Source of the DNA: Schmidtea polychroa
Taxonomy: Eukaryota
Length of the DNA: 64,000 nt
Direction: 5' to 3'
Assembly: GCA_044892525.1 (NCBI GenBank)
Contig: CM097885.1
Location: forward strand, 9,426,001-9,490,000
In this document: positions 29,174 through 43,520 of the stretch, piece after piece
How positions within the stretch are numbered: position 1 is the stretch's first letter
How the letters are laid out: each line of letters starts with the position of its first letter
Position numbers and translations under genes: made by a program
The notes under the pieces: model-generated
What the model saw: the letters and a program-made list of their open reading frames with translations, nothing else
Databases searched by the model: none
What the model was told of the DNA's origin: nothing

Positions 29174-30293
29174 ATAAGAGTTTGATTTTCACTACCGGTT
29201 TACCAGTAAATTGTCAAAAAACATTCGGTAAATTTACCGGTAAATTCGGTAAATTAAAAATCCTTGCTAGAAATTTTATGTGTAAAATATCGTATTTATA
29301 AATACCTAAAGGTGAGAGTTACGAGTCCTTTACACGATTTACAAAAAGTTATAATTTTTATAAATAAATTACTTTATATTACATATTTTTAAGTTAATTT
29401 GTTTGTATTTTGTGCGAGTTTTGAAAGGTAAGGTAAGTTTTTATGTTACTATTATGCTATTACATTTGATATTAACGTGCCACTTACCAAATCGAGTAAC
29501 TCCATGTTAAGCAATATTTGACAGACCCTAATTTGGTTTTTTCGAATCAGGAAAACTACGATATTTTTCATATCACCAAAAAAGCAACAATAATCAAAAG
29601 TTCGATTATTGTTGTTGATAGTCAGATTCAGTTAAATCATACTGATTTGGATACCAATTTAGAGTCAGATAATAAAAATATTGACGCTTCTACAGTAAAT
29701 GTAGAAATGCCTATAAAACAGAAATTATACGATCTGATAAAACAAAAAACAGAATGCCAGGAATGATCAGTTCCACAACAAAAAAAGGCAATATATTGTG
29801 AAAAAAGAATTGAAGTACTTCCGCCAAGAGAAAATACGAGGAAAGTATATTCAAATGGTATATGATTATTTGATGACAATTCGTCCAACAAGTGTTGATT
29901 CAGAAAGGGTATTCTCGGGCTCTGGGTTATTTTGTACAAAAATAAGAACAAAATTAGAAGATATCACTTTAAATAATTTAAGTTTTTTGAGGAGCTATTT
30001 TTAAAAAATGTTAATAAATAGAAAACTATTAGTTAATAAAGCTATTTCTGTGTCATTATTAATTTTTTACTTAATTTTTATTTGTTTCTAAAATATTATT
30101 ATAGTTTGTTTATATTTTTAATAATATATTAATCTTCATATTTTTTATATTTTATATTTTTGAAATAAAAATCATGAAATGAAAATTTAAACTTGTTTTT
30201 TTGTCAACTTTATTTTATCTTTTAGAAAAAAAAATTTGCCGGTAATTTCCTGATTAACCGGTAAATGTAAAAATCGGTAAATTTACAATCCAT
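29174..30293 (+). mobile_element. Internally deleted hAT element
   Basis: cggtaaatt subterminal repeats at both ends; remnant IRPTSVDSERVFSGSG (hAT dimerisation domain). Ends approximate. Confidence 0.78.
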
Positions 30294-30329
30294 ATTCTGA
30301 ACAATACGATAATAATATTCACTATCAAA

Positions 30330-30701
30330 ACAATTAATTTCCTTTATCTTCTTTCTCAAATAATATTAATTATGTTGTCATAATAATGGTTTTTAGATAC
30401 CGGGCTTTTCTTTAAGCACTTTTCCATGTAATCTTTGATAATTTCTTCCTCATTTGTTTATTCATTATTTTTGGTATGCCTTACGAATTTTCATATTTAA
30501 AATTGAATAATTAACTATTTATTGATTTACTGTAAATTTGCGTTTCGATACCTTTCCTAATGAACTATACACTCTTCAACAATTCTGCCCCCCCAACACT
30601 ATGTCCATTTGCTATCAATTTTCTATTCCCAATCACCTTTATTTCATTTCGTTTTCACCCAATCGTTATTTTAAAATAATTTAAATTTTATAATCCCAAC
30701 A
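30330..30701 (-). mobile_element. Partial LTR related to 45918-46895
   Basis: Minus-strand start tgttgggattataaaa resembles tgttggggttataaaa at 45918. Confidence 0.5.
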
Positions 30702-31072
30702 ACATGAAAGGAAATGAATTAACAAATAATTTTATTGAAAAATTCAAAAAACTAATTAAATTTCACCATATAGTATCAAGTGTAAATTTTAAAAATGTTC
30801 CTAAATTCTCAATGAAAAAATAATAAAATTTTTGAAAAAAAATCTACAAAAAAAATCAATAGGAGAACAGAAAAGAACATTTGCTCATTAGTAGTGCTAG
30901 GAATGAGTCAATTAGTCAATAATTCTGCCTGGGGTGAAACCGTTCAATAGAAATTGACTTCACAATTGATAAACCAATGAAAATCAATCAACAAACCGGT
31001 TAAGTTTTAGGACAAATTTTGAAATTAAATCCCAATTAAATAATCCTTAAATTCTCAGGAAAGACCTGATAA

Positions 31073-31591
31073 CAGTGACCTAATTAAGGGAGTGGTGCAT
31101 AGGGAACATTTGCCCCCCCCCCCAAAAAAAAATTATAAAAATTTGAAGAAATTAAAATCAAACCGACTACTGCTGTAGATTCATTAGCAATATGTGATCC
31201 AATTTTTTATAAAAATATTTATATTCTTCTCACAATTTTTGCTACTTTGCCGGTATCAATTTGTACAGCGGAGCGTTCTTTTTCATCACTTAAATACCTG
31301 AAGTCATATTTAAGAAATACCAAGGATGGAAGAAGGTTAAACGGTTTGGGCTTGTTTTATATTCATCAAGACTTTAAAATCAGTCCAGATAAAATACATT
31401 CTGAATTAATGAAGGGACAAAGACGAATTAATATTATATTGTAATATACATTGTTAATAATTAATAATAAATTTGTTAATTATCTTAAAATATTTTTTTT
31501 CTATTTTTCCGTGTCAACTTTTAACATTGCTCGATGTATTGCAATAATTAATAATTTTGCCCCTCCCCCGAAGCTGAAATCCTGGCTATGG
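31073..31591 (+). mobile_element. Short hAT derivative with transposase C-terminal remnant
   Basis: Starts cagtg; ttgcccc subterminal motifs at both ends; LPVSICTAERSFSSLKYLKSYLRNT. Confidence 0.78.
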
Positions 31592-32110
31592 AAATTGTAA
31601 AAGAAATCAATCACAACAATAGAAAAGGCCAAAAATAGACATTCATACAACGCCAGTGCCATTGTCACATGTACCCTAGACCAAACCTCCCAATGAAAGT
31701 ATCGAATTCATTTCGTATAATCATAGCGAACAATTATTGGTGTTTTGTCAATCAACAATCTGTGCGGCTAAAATATTTTGTTTTCACATGAAATATTTTC
31801 TTAGACAAATGAATCACGTTCTCTGTGTGGCATAAATGTGCACCTCTTACAAGCGGTTCGTGTGAGATCGTTCAAACAGCTAGATCATACTCAACATTCT
31901 TCAACAAATCATTCGGATCACGTGAAGTTTTTAAATGAATTTGAAATTTGATCCATCAAATATCTATTAATAAAATCGCCATTAGTGCAAATAATGATTT
32001 GTTTTAATCATATGTCAGGTCTGTGGCACCAAAATTAATTTGTTTGAAACGATTAGGAATTATCCAAGGAATTATTTTGATTGGTTCCTTGCAAATGGCA
32101 CTTGATAAGT

Positions 32111-32178
<68 letters not shown>

Positions 32179-32333
32179 CGAAAATTTGTTACAATAAACA
32201 ATTAAACACGTTTTTTACGAACAAGTATTTTAAATAAAATTTTGTTTTATCAAGGACCTCACAGGCAAACTTCAAATTCCGGCGAACCAATCATAAGTCA
32301 GACTACCCTTTATTTTATATTTATTCTATAGAG

Positions 32334-32998
32334 CAGTGCTTTCCAACCTTTTCATGCCTGTGACACACTTTTTAGACTTCCATCATTTCGCGATACAGCA
32401 AATCAGTTTTACCAGAAAACCTTACAACTTACGCCGTATGGTAAACCGTTATACAAGAGACAATGAAACATATTTAAATATAAATATCGAAATAAATAGC
32501 AGAAAAGGATAGTTCATGACTGAAAACAAGATTTAATGTGAATGGTATCGTTTATAAGTAACAATATGTAATTAATTAAGAATTAAAAAATTTGAATAAA
32601 GCCAATATATATTTACAATTTTGATGAGATATTTGAGCTGGATGGGAAGAACACAACCTTTGAATATTTGGTGGAATATTATTCTTTTCGGCTGAACGCT
32701 AAAAACACGGAGAATAAATGTAATTTAATGAAGTTTATGTGAAAAAAAAGTCTTTTGGTTGGTTCTTTTTCTATGTTTAAATAACGAATTCCGACGATTA
32801 ACTAATAAATAGGGTAAACAAGCGTTCTTGCAGCTAAAACACGACGGACTATATATGTGTATTGTATTTCAGTCTAACAATCGTTAAAAAGTTTATAAAA
32901 TTAAGGGACTCTGTGGCTTTTCATTATGTTCATGCGACACACCTATGCAGCGCTGCCGACACACTAAAGTGTCGCGACACACCGGTTGGAAAGCTCGG
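32334..32998 (-). mobile_element. Charlie/Buster-like hAT MITE
   Basis: cagtgctttccaacc ... ggttggaaagctcgg; flanks ctatagag/ctatatac; gacacac subterminal repeats; minus-strand C-terminal remnant PPNIQRLCSSHPAQISH. Confidence 0.78.
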
Positions 32999-33089
32999 CT
33001 ATATACAGTACAAATATTCAATAATTTTCTTTTTTATTTAATTTTGCGGATTTTAAAATTTTCCCACGAATACACATATTAATTATTAA

Positions 33090-33273
33090 CTCTTTATAGG
33101 GCAAGGCTGAAATTGGTTAATATAATAACCAATTGCTTTAAGGTCGATATTTCTAATATCGCCTATATTGTTCTATCTGCTTGAAGTTATATTATTTTAT
33201 CTAAGCAATAAGTATTTTAAAAGATATCAGTTAAAATTCGAATTCCGAAATAATCAATTACTCCTATAAAGGG
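33090..33273. mobile_element. piggyBac-type MITE
   Basis: TTAA-ctctttatagg ... cctataaaggg-TTAA. Confidence 0.75.
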
Positions 33274-34159
33274 TTAAATAATTAATGGGAAAATTTTTGC
33301 ACCATATTTCAAACAAATAGTATAAAATATTTTAAAAGAGTATTTTATTTGGATAAAATTAAATATCAATTGTTGCTTTGCTTTTATTATGGCTATTTAA
33401 AATAAATTAATTTTTTTTATTGTATATTTAAACGAACAACTTTAATTCAATGAAAAAAGAAAACAAATATTCATATTTTCGATTAAAAAAAATAATGAAA
33501 TTGAATCCACAAAAAACAATACTAAAGAAAAAATTTTTAAAGAAATTTTTATAAAAAGATTTATGATAATTTAGACGTAGGTCGACAGATGATTAAATAT
33601 TTATAGTTTTTGCTTTATTCATTAATTTTGAAAAATATTGAAGATTGAAGAGACATAATTCACATACATTTTGGCAGGGCGTTTAAATGATTCAAAATCT
33701 ATATAGATAAAAAATTTATTTTGATGACCCAATTCAAAAATTCAAGTAACCCCAGTTTTGAATTTGAACAAGTCAGCTGTTATGTATATGATCAAATTTG
33801 ATAATTTAGGGATTATGAAAAATATTAGTTCAAGAAAAAGGACCAAGGCAAAGTGTGAAATCAACTGTCTTTTTAAACGGCGTTAAAAGTCTTATAAGTC
33901 TAAAATAGGTTGATCATTTTTTTGTCCCGTATTTTGACTACTGTTCAGTGATAACATTTAAAAATAAATAATTTAAAAAAAAATAACATTTAAAAATTAT
34001 AAGTAAAATATAGGTTATGTATATTCTATATCAAATATGTTTAAAATATTATAATTAAGATTAATATTACATCATAACATTCATAAGATATGTAACGATA
34101 AAATAAATTAATCAATATTAAACATATATTTAATTATAATATTAACATGTGTTAATCTT

Positions 34160-34560
34160 TGATTAAATAGTTAAACAAGCATGGTAACGATTTAATAATA
34201 AGAAAGTGCCACTCAATCATTCGATTTGCGATATATTTCGACAATTTTCCTGTCATCATCATGTAGAATAGAATAACTATAGAAATTATAAATTTTTGAA
34301 CAAATTTATTTAATTTAAAAAATAACAAACTTTATTAATAACGCTTCACAAATTACATGTTTTCAATAAATATTGAAAATTTGTAAAAAATTTTAAAATC
34401 ACGCATTCATATTTTTCTCTTACAGCACTTATTGTGCTCACTAATATTAATTCGGTCAATAATGTTCTTGAGCTCGAATACAGAGTTGAAAGGAAATCTC
34501 TCGAATGTACGTGGCATTACATCCATTACATGTAAATTGATAAACGAAATCAGAACTCCG
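34160..34560 (-). mobile_element. Penelope remnant (GIY-YIG fragment, mutated hammerhead core)
   Basis: Homologous to 6510-7090. Confidence 0.72.
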
Positions 34561-36273
34561 GTTGGATTATGTTTTCAGGAGAATGTTAGGAGAAGTCCTA
34601 TACAAAATTAGTGTGCAACAAATAATGGTTGAACTAGGTATGAAGTCCAAAAATGTCTCCTTAGGTTCTTATGTCTCCATATTTACAACAAATCAAAAAG
34701 AAAACACATTGAATTGGGAAAACCTTAATTGCAAACAATTCGGCTTTTCACATGTGCGTTCTTTGTATGTTTTTGTGATATATCAATTCGAGGAAAACAA
34801 CAAAATATTTTAAAAATACTTATTGTATATGATAACATACAACTTAATTCTCAATACAGCCTCTGGGACTTCATCAAAGAGGCTATTACTCAAATTAATG
34901 AAACTTGGAAAAGAAAATTAAAATTTTTATGATTATAATTATCAATTGCAAATGTCAGAGATGGAGGAGAATATCAAGAAGATGAATTTATGATCGTTTA
35001 TGATCAGGTTTTGATGATAACTTGTCAAGTCATTCGATTTTTATAATGATGGTTGATGTGTACACCAATTATTTGTGACTCACCATTTTTGCGAAAATGA
35101 ATTTTATTTTATGTAATTTATTTTAGACATTTTAGAAATGGCTTACAAGTAACATTTTTAATTTCAAGTAAATTTTAAGGCTTGAATTGTGATTTCATAT
35201 AATTATAAGATCACTATTCAAGTTCTTAAATATTACTTTTAGTCAACATTTGCATTATAATTTATTTTTATTACTTTTTTCAGCATTTATTAGGATTTTA
35301 TGTTTGAAATTTATTTTGTAATTATTTCAATTTAAAGTAAGTTAAATAAATATTGAATTATAATTAATTAAAGAAAGTTTTGATAGACAAATCTGAAATT
35401 CTAAGGAATATTTAACTTAATTTTAGCTTAAAAAAATCTTACAGTGATATTTCGTCATTTTCATGACAGCTTAACGTAGTTTCTTTATAAATAGATTTTA
35501 AAAGATTTTCAGCGACCTTTTTTCTCTCAAAATTGTCTGAAATAAAGTTATTATAGAAATATATCTCAACGGCGCGTTTCTATATATCCAAAGTTTCGGT
35601 GTATTTTTTAGTATTAGTTAGAAGTATTTAATTTTTTTTATCACTTTTTCGATTTCTATAGTGAAAAGCGTATCTCATTGCACTTTCAATGAATACATCA
35701 GCGAGTTTGTATGTTTTTATAATATAAGATTATTGAGATTTTTCTTATATTATAGAAATGGTGTTTCAGTGGTTTTTGGTGTATGAAAAGATGTTGCAGA
35801 TAAAACAGTCATTCAAATGACATTACTAACAAAATTATTATCGAAATTAGTTTTAAAAGATCTAATGAAATGGCATCGTCGATTAAAACTTTCATAGTCC
35901 AAAAGATTTCAGAGTAGCGACAAATAAAACGGAATTTTTGTTATCGAATTTCACTATTATGTAAGAGCAAATTTATAACAATTTCACTGAATTTTCAATT
36001 TAATTAATAAATAAATAACGATTTTAAACAGTGAAATTTTGTAATTCTATCAAGAGGATGTTAATACAGTTTCTCTGAGGAGGGTAAAAAGTTTACCCTT
36101 GTTGCACAATAAACAGTTAGGAATTGTGAATTAAGAACACAGGAAACTAGGACCAAGGATATAACTTTGTTTTAATAATGTAGTGAGACTTGCACTTTAA
36201 AAACGCTTATTAATATGTAATACAAAATAATAGCACAAAAATATTGGAATCAATATTGTAAATTAATATTATT

Positions 36274-37286
36274 TGTTGGGTTAATGAGTTTTTGGTGAAA
36301 TGTAGAAGTTACCAATCGAATCTCTGACTCCACAGCGTGCTTTATAGGATCCACAAAATGACAATTCTCAGACAATATAAACCTTTATTGATTATCACAG
36401 TTGATTACACGAATTATAACGACACGATCGATTCAACACTCAAGTAGGCAATTATACGGAGCTTATTAGAACATTATGCGAGGAATAGCTCCCAATGTAT
36501 AATTCCCAAATACTCTAATAATTACTAGTCACTGATTTGACTCAATAATTGGATAAATCGGTTTCGATTGTCCTTGTGTTTTGACTTGACTTGATTAGAT
36601 ATATTCTGATTCTTTTATTTCAATTAAACTTTCGTCACACCGTTGTATCTTGATATCGGTTCTCCACAATATCACGTCACTTATTCAATTTATATTTTCT
36701 ACTACATTCAACAACTTTCAATTACAATTCGAATTCTCCATTTCTATTTTTAAATATCGTGCAGCTTTCCGATTTCAATTTTAACACCACTTCACTTATG
36801 ATTTAATTAGGATGACTTTCGCTTTTATAGTTCGACATCGTCCGGCACTCGTGATAATTCGTTTTTTCCTATTCTTGTCTCTGGCACTTTCCCATTTTCT
36901 TTTTTCAACTACCGTGTTACTCCTGACAGTTCGGCACTCGGGATAATTTGTCATTTTTTTCATTTCTGCTTCTGGCATTTTCCATACTTTTCCCTAGCTC
37001 CCACGTTACGTCTGAAAGTTTGGAGATGCCGATTTTGTTTTCGTGTTTTGTTCTTGGTTTCCAATTTTTGAATTCCTTTTTGTTTTCTTGCACTTATTAA
37101 TTTTAGTGACATTTCTCCGTTTTATAGTAGAATTTCTTTTGTTTTGTTAAAACTCCCTCATTTCTCAATTTTTTCCTTCGGTTTTCTTCTCCAAGATTCA
37201 GAATGCTATCTCGATCACCTTGTCGGTTTTCCCCAAAGTTATTCTAATTATTTATAATATTATTTACTATTTAGGTATCCTCAACA
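36274..37286 (-). mobile_element. Solo LTR related to 9778-10664
   Basis: Minus strand begins tgttgaggatacctaaata (identical to the 9778 start) and ends acccaaca; TSD tatt on both sides. Confidence 0.88.
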
Positions 37287-37827
37287 TATTTATCGATTAT
37301 ATAGTGTATACTGTTTTAAGCCTATTTAAGTCATGTTGCCAATTAACCTCTTACCTATGAATTTTGAAAAAGATTTTATGCTTACGGTGAATTTATTTTT
37401 GATGAAATGTCAAGACAATTTATAAAATATTTTAAAATAATGTGAAATGCTTTGATACACATTACTCAATAATTTTTGAACTACATGAATCAGTTCAGGT
37501 TGATGTTGGTGTATTTTCCAAACACATTTTGTGAAAATCAAGCTAAAGCGTCATATTACGTTCCGCACAAGAAAATGATTATTTATGAAAGTTAAAATAT
37601 AATCATAAATTTTTCATTTTTATCGTTTAATTACATGCTAATTATTAAAATCAACCGATGAGCATTTAAGTCGATCTCCTTCATTTTCTTCAGGTGCAGT
37701 TGATATAATGTATTATTTATGTTAAAATGTAATTAAATTTTTTGTGGAAAATTACTCACGTAAATGAAAAAATTCAATATAATCGATGTAAAATTTTATA
37801 AATTAATAATTGAATTTATTATGAATA

Positions 37828-37916
<89 letters not shown>

Positions 37917-37921
<5 letters not shown>

Positions 37922-38335
37922 TTTATCTTATTTTATTGTTAGACATCCGTAAAAAGATATTTTACTTCATTACTAGTTTAAATTGCTAAATATTTACATA
38001 TGCATTTGTAAACAGTTTCTGTGTATGACGGTGTCTCCCGAGGCGAAGAAGATTTTTCATACGCCATGTTTACAAGTTTGCAGATAATTTTTTCTGTGAT
38101 TTAGCGAATTTACAAGTGATGTGATTTCCAGTGTAGCAGGTAAGTTATGCAATAGAGTTGAATCAGCAATATTGTATACTTATCTGGCGCGAAGAGAAAT
38201 CTTCGCGTCTCCTGAACAGTACTGATGAGAGACAAAAAGCTCGAAACAAGTCTACTATTGGGATTTTCACTGGGTATCACAAAGCCTGTAATGTTTATCT
38301 TATTTTATTGTTAGACATCCGTAAAAAAATATTTT
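37917..38335 (+). mobile_element. Retrozyme-like unit: 372-bp monomer with about 46-bp terminal redundancy, inside (TAA)n
   Basis: Direct repeat taatgtttatcttattttattgttagacatccgtaaaaa at 37917 and 38289; internal hammerhead; (TAA)n on both sides. Confidence 0.7.
38215..38259 (+). ncRNA. Type I hammerhead ribozyme
   Basis: Stem I aacagta/tactatt; core CTGATGA (38222-38228); stem II gag..ctc; GAAA (38243-38246); stem III c-aa-g; GUC cleavage triplet ending at 38252. Confidence 0.82.
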
Positions 38336-38351
38336 AATCAATAATAATAAA

Positions 38352-38555
<204 letters not shown>

Positions 38556-39169
38556 AATAGTCGAGTTCTTAAGCGTTGGAAACGGAATGGATTGACCAAC
38601 ATTAGTGAGCGTTTTTGGAAGTGTAACAGTAAAAAATTAAGTATTGCAGATTAGATCTTTAAATTCTATAATTAATATTCAAAGTTCCCAGTCTACAGGG
38701 ATTTTGAATGTATTTAAGTAATTTCACTTGTATATTTAATATTTGGGATGATGTTTTTTGTAACAGTTTTTAGTAAAAATCAATTTTTAATTTTTAAATT
38801 AATTTTTATAAAAATTGTAGTATGAGAATGTTAACAATTTTTGTGAGTTTTTAAAATTAAAATAAGTTTTATATGATTAAAAAAATGTTTTTCAAAATTT
38901 TATTTAAATATTTTTTTTGATACAATTTGATTACGATTATTAGTTGTTAATTTATTTGAATATTATTATTTTCATTTAGTTATGAATGATATGATTCTTA
39001 GCCTGAAGAAGAATGTTAAACGGTCGCAATATATAGCAATGTTATATTTTATTATACTTAGTTGGCGATTTTCTATTATAAAAATATTGCCTTCTTTCTT
39101 TGATTATAATAATAATAATAAATGCTATGTTAATGGAAAAGAAATCAGTGGTGAAAATTGAAAAAAGTT

Positions 39170-39705
39170 CTTAATAATAAATAATAGTAATAAATAATAA
39201 TAATAATAATAATCAATAATAATAATTAATAATAATAAATAATAATAATAATCAATAATAATAATTAATAATAATAATTAATAATAATAATTAATAATAA
39301 TAATTAATAATAATTAATAATAATAATTAATAATAATAATAATTAATAATAATAATTAACAATAATAATTAATAATAATAATCAATAATAATAATCAATA
39401 ATAATAATTAATAATAATAATCAATAATAATAATCAATAATAATAATTAATAATAATTAATAATAATAATTAATAATAATAATTAATAATAATAATCAAT
39501 AATAATAATAATCATTAATAATAATTAATAATAATAATCAATAATAATAATCATTAATAATAATTAATAATAATTAATAATAATAATTAATAATAATAAT
39601 TAATAATAATAAACAATATTAATAATCATTAATAATAATTAATAATAATAATTAATAATAATAATTAATAATAATAATCAATAATAATAATAACAATTAA
39701 TAATA
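39170..39705. repeat. Compound (TAA)n-derived minisatellite
   Basis: aataataat(t/c) variant array. Confidence 0.9.
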
Positions 39706-40269
39706 ATTCTTGCTGAACCAAAAAACTTTATTGAACCATTTTCAGATCAATTTATTCTCCAGGTTAAAAAGATTCCTACACAAAACTGATTATGCAATTA
39801 TTATATAATCTCGAATAATTATCAGAGTTATTCCAGCTGCCACTCCGAATTAAAAATTTATATTTATTTACAAATTTCCCCACAAAACAAATCACAATTC
39901 GAAAATTTCCCACTTGAAATTGAGAATTTTATATATCAATAAAATTTAATTAATTAAATAAATAATTTTATTTCAAAGCCACCAGAAAAGTTCAATTCAA
40001 ATTCTATTCAATTTGCCACTATAATTTTGTTTTGATGTAAAAATTAAAAATAAATTCAAGCGTAATAAAAATAGCATAATGTTACAATTTTGAAAATTTT
40101 TAATTAAATTAGTAATTAAATTAATAATTAATAAAACTAAAATTTTCCTTACCATATTAAGCTACAATATAGAATAGATTATCAAATTATTAATTTTAGT
40201 GAAAAAAAATTCATAATTATAATATTATTAAAATTAATTAAATTATTAAAATAATTAAAAAACACTTAC

Positions 40270-42040
40270 CATTTTGGGTAGATATTCCTTCCCCCAGAAC
40301 TTTTGTAAAACATCATATTTCTTATAATTAATCGTGATTTTATAAAGCTTTTTCAGCTGATTAATAACATTAATCCAATAACATTTGCTAAATTAACTTA
40401 CATCTAAATTTTCTACATCAATATTTTCGTAAATCTAATATTAAAAAATTATTTTAAAATTAATTTTAAAATGTTTAATTTACCTGAACTCCTCTTTTGG
40501 ATTCCTTCGGAAATCTATAAACTTGACCGCTCTTAGAGAAAAATAAAAAATTAATAGTTTTGTTAAATATATTAATTGTATCACTTACTCTATTATTTAG
40601 AACTACAACATGTAGATTACCTTCACCTTTTATGAATAAATCAGACAATTGAAATGTTTCAAATTTCATTTCTACACAAGCAATTTTTAATAAAAATAAT
40701 GCTATTAAAAATTATAAATATATCATCTAAAAAGTTTGATAGATTTAGTATATTTAAAGAAATATTAAATTTATCAAAATTATTTTTTAGATATTTTCAA
40801 ACTGTTATTGCGTTTTAAATACAATTCAAATAACATAACTAAAACTTAATTTTAAATATCAAGCTTTATGTAATTTTAAAAATTTATGTTTTATTACAAT
40901 TATTGGAAATTAAATTAAAATGATAGTGTATTAGTGTAACTAAGTGTAGTATAACTTATAAAAAAAATAACGCGCTTATCAATTCTAAACCACTATTTCC
41001 CTAAAGCCAATTAAATTATCTCTTTCGATTTAATGTGTTTCTATCATATGGGTCACCAATTTATTCGTCGTTTTGTTATTTAAAATTCATATACTTAACG
41101 CTTAACCCGACATATAGACAATACTAATGACCAAATTTCAATTCAAGTAAAGGTTTATTTTAGCAAATTTAAATTTTTTTATTAAGCACGTCTTTTCGTT
41201 ATTATTTTGGGAGGTCTGTTGCAGCTCCTGGTTTCCCCTTGATCGGCATTCCATGCATCATTTTCCCATTTTCCGCGATGTTGTAATACAAAAAGTCTAA
41301 AATCTGTCACTTATTATTAATTTAAAAATTATATATGGATATCAGGGATGGAGAAATTCCGATATAACGTTTATTTAAAATTGTGGCGTGCATAATAAAA
41401 GTTTATCATTTATTTAAATCGTTTAAACAAACTATTAGAAATCGATCGTACTACCAGTTATTCTGTAGTCACTCCTCGAAACCTCTTTCCCGTTCGTCTA
41501 ATGATCAGATGTCTTTTCTCGAACCTCCATATTCGTCCTTACCTCTACTCGCTCAAGGACATGTTTCCGATTTTTCTTGCACTACGTACACTCCATCTCG
41601 TTCCATTCATTACAATTGGATATTTCGTCGGGAAACGAAGTTTCGAGTTTGACCTACTGGCTTCACTTGGTCTTCATTTTCCAGACCACCAGGGTAGATA
41701 CGACTACTCCCGGGTATATTTCTGTATGTTGTGCATGCATATTTTACAAAAACAAAAACAAAGAAAAATAAATTAATAATAATCACATTTAAACATTAAT
41801 AAATATAGAGAAATTATCTTATGGCAAACAAAAAAAATTAAATAAATAACCAAATAAAGAAACCGTTGTTCATCAATAAGATGTTGAACTATCATACTTC
41901 TGCACCATAGATGTTCACTCAAGTTATTTGTGCTTTCCAAGTAGCTCAAAAAGATTCTGTCTACTTTCGTGATTTGAGGTTAAAACCTTGTAATAGCAAT
42001 TTATGATTTCCTTCTGTTTCTCGCATAATCATCAATTCTC
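40270..42040 (-). CDS. Probable exons of a host gene transcribed divergently from the kinesin-like gene
   Basis: Open GT-AG-bounded segments ...QVYRFPKESKRGVQ|IYENIDVENLD|LKKLYKITINYKKYDVLQKFWGKEYLPKM separated by short introns; full extent unresolved. Confidence 0.45.
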
Positions 42041-43099
42041 TGAAATATACAATTTATATAGGTTCAATTTTTCAAAATCGTTTTTGCTCTGCATTTGTTT
42101 TATTTTTGTTGATAATGATAAATCCTATATCTCTACTTAACATATTATTTAAGTTCGCTTGAAATGAAAATGAAAATTAAATATTATTCGTAAAATAATC
42201 GTATGATTCGAATTAAACATAAAGGTTTACTGGCTTTAGGGCTTATTGAATGATAACACAATAAAAAAATAAAAATTCCTTTCAATACTAAACAAAAACA
42301 TTTTATATCAAAAGATCAATTTTATTTGGAACCTTACTTTTCTTAAATGTTTTCTTTAATTTCGATTTCTGAAAAGGTTTGTCTCTTTTCTGTATTTTGA
42401 ACTGCGCTGAATTGATTGTTAGCTTTTCGTTTTATTATTTTCTTTGTAATTTTGTTGATTTGGTCCTGTTGTAGCTTTGTCTTGAAATCTTTTAATCAGA
42501 AAGTTTTAATCATTTTCCAAATGCGGTGTTTGGGTTGCTTGAATGATTTGATTTTTTAATGGTCAATATCTTTTGGTTAAACAAATTATTTTATTTTCTA
42601 GGTTCTACCCAAAAAATGAAAATTGACAATGAAAAGAAATCAGAGGTGAAATTCAAAAGAAGTTCTTATTTTATATATACTGTAAAGGGTGGGGTTGCAT
42701 TTTTGCCGGTAACTTATTGTTTTAAAATTTCTTTCAATAAGTTAACAAAATATTTTAAATTTCCAAATACATCAAAATTTCCTTGTGATAAACTTTGTTT
42801 TCGTAATTTGAGCTTTATAATCTTTGCCTCAATTTAATCTTTGACATAAAGTATTATTACAACAAATCCTTGCAAACATAAATTAAATGCATGAATGTAT
42901 GCGAATATGTCTTTCATATATGCTAAAATGGCCTCTCACAAATAGTCACATACATTTTTATCAATTCGAAATGGTTTCTTCATCTATTAGTTCATTAAGA
43001 TATGACAAAAGCTTTCATTGGGAAAGCCAGCGCATTCATGCGTGAAGTAAAATCTGTTGATGGTAATTATCCATAGACAACCAGAGTTGCTCAAATATT

Positions 43100-43520
43100 A
43101 TTTAACTTCGATTTCTGGATAGGTTCCTCTCTTTTCTGAATTTCGAAATGTGGTGAATTGATAATAAATCAAATTTCTTGAGTTTAAAAGCCGATTTAAT
43201 AAAATTGAAAATCTTAACGGCCTTGTCCAAGACCCCTTTAAACTTTTCTGGAATTTTCTCAGTAGCGAAATCTACTTGATAATTAAAACAATGGTGCCAC
43301 TTAATTGAAAAATTATTTGCTCTTGCTCGTGTAATTAATCCATTTAGCACTTGCTCATTCTCTACTAATTTCTAAACAATTTGACCACTTAATTCCATTT
43401 GAAATTAAATTTATTTTCATATTATTCGGCGGCGGTGTGAATCAAACTGTGACAAAATAATATGTTTCATTAATTTTGTCCTGGAATTCATATATAATGT
43501 AACAAAGTAACCATAACTTA
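43100..43520 (-). mobile_element. Buster/Charlie-family hAT transposase fragment
   Basis: WHHCFNYQVDFATEKIPEKFKGVLDKAVKIFNFIK resembles the CxxH...VNFIK region. Confidence 0.65.

Noticed and set aside
34562..35000. Possible Tc1-like transposase C-terminal remnant
   Set aside because: Only a faint resemblance; no catalytic motif or TIR could be confirmed.
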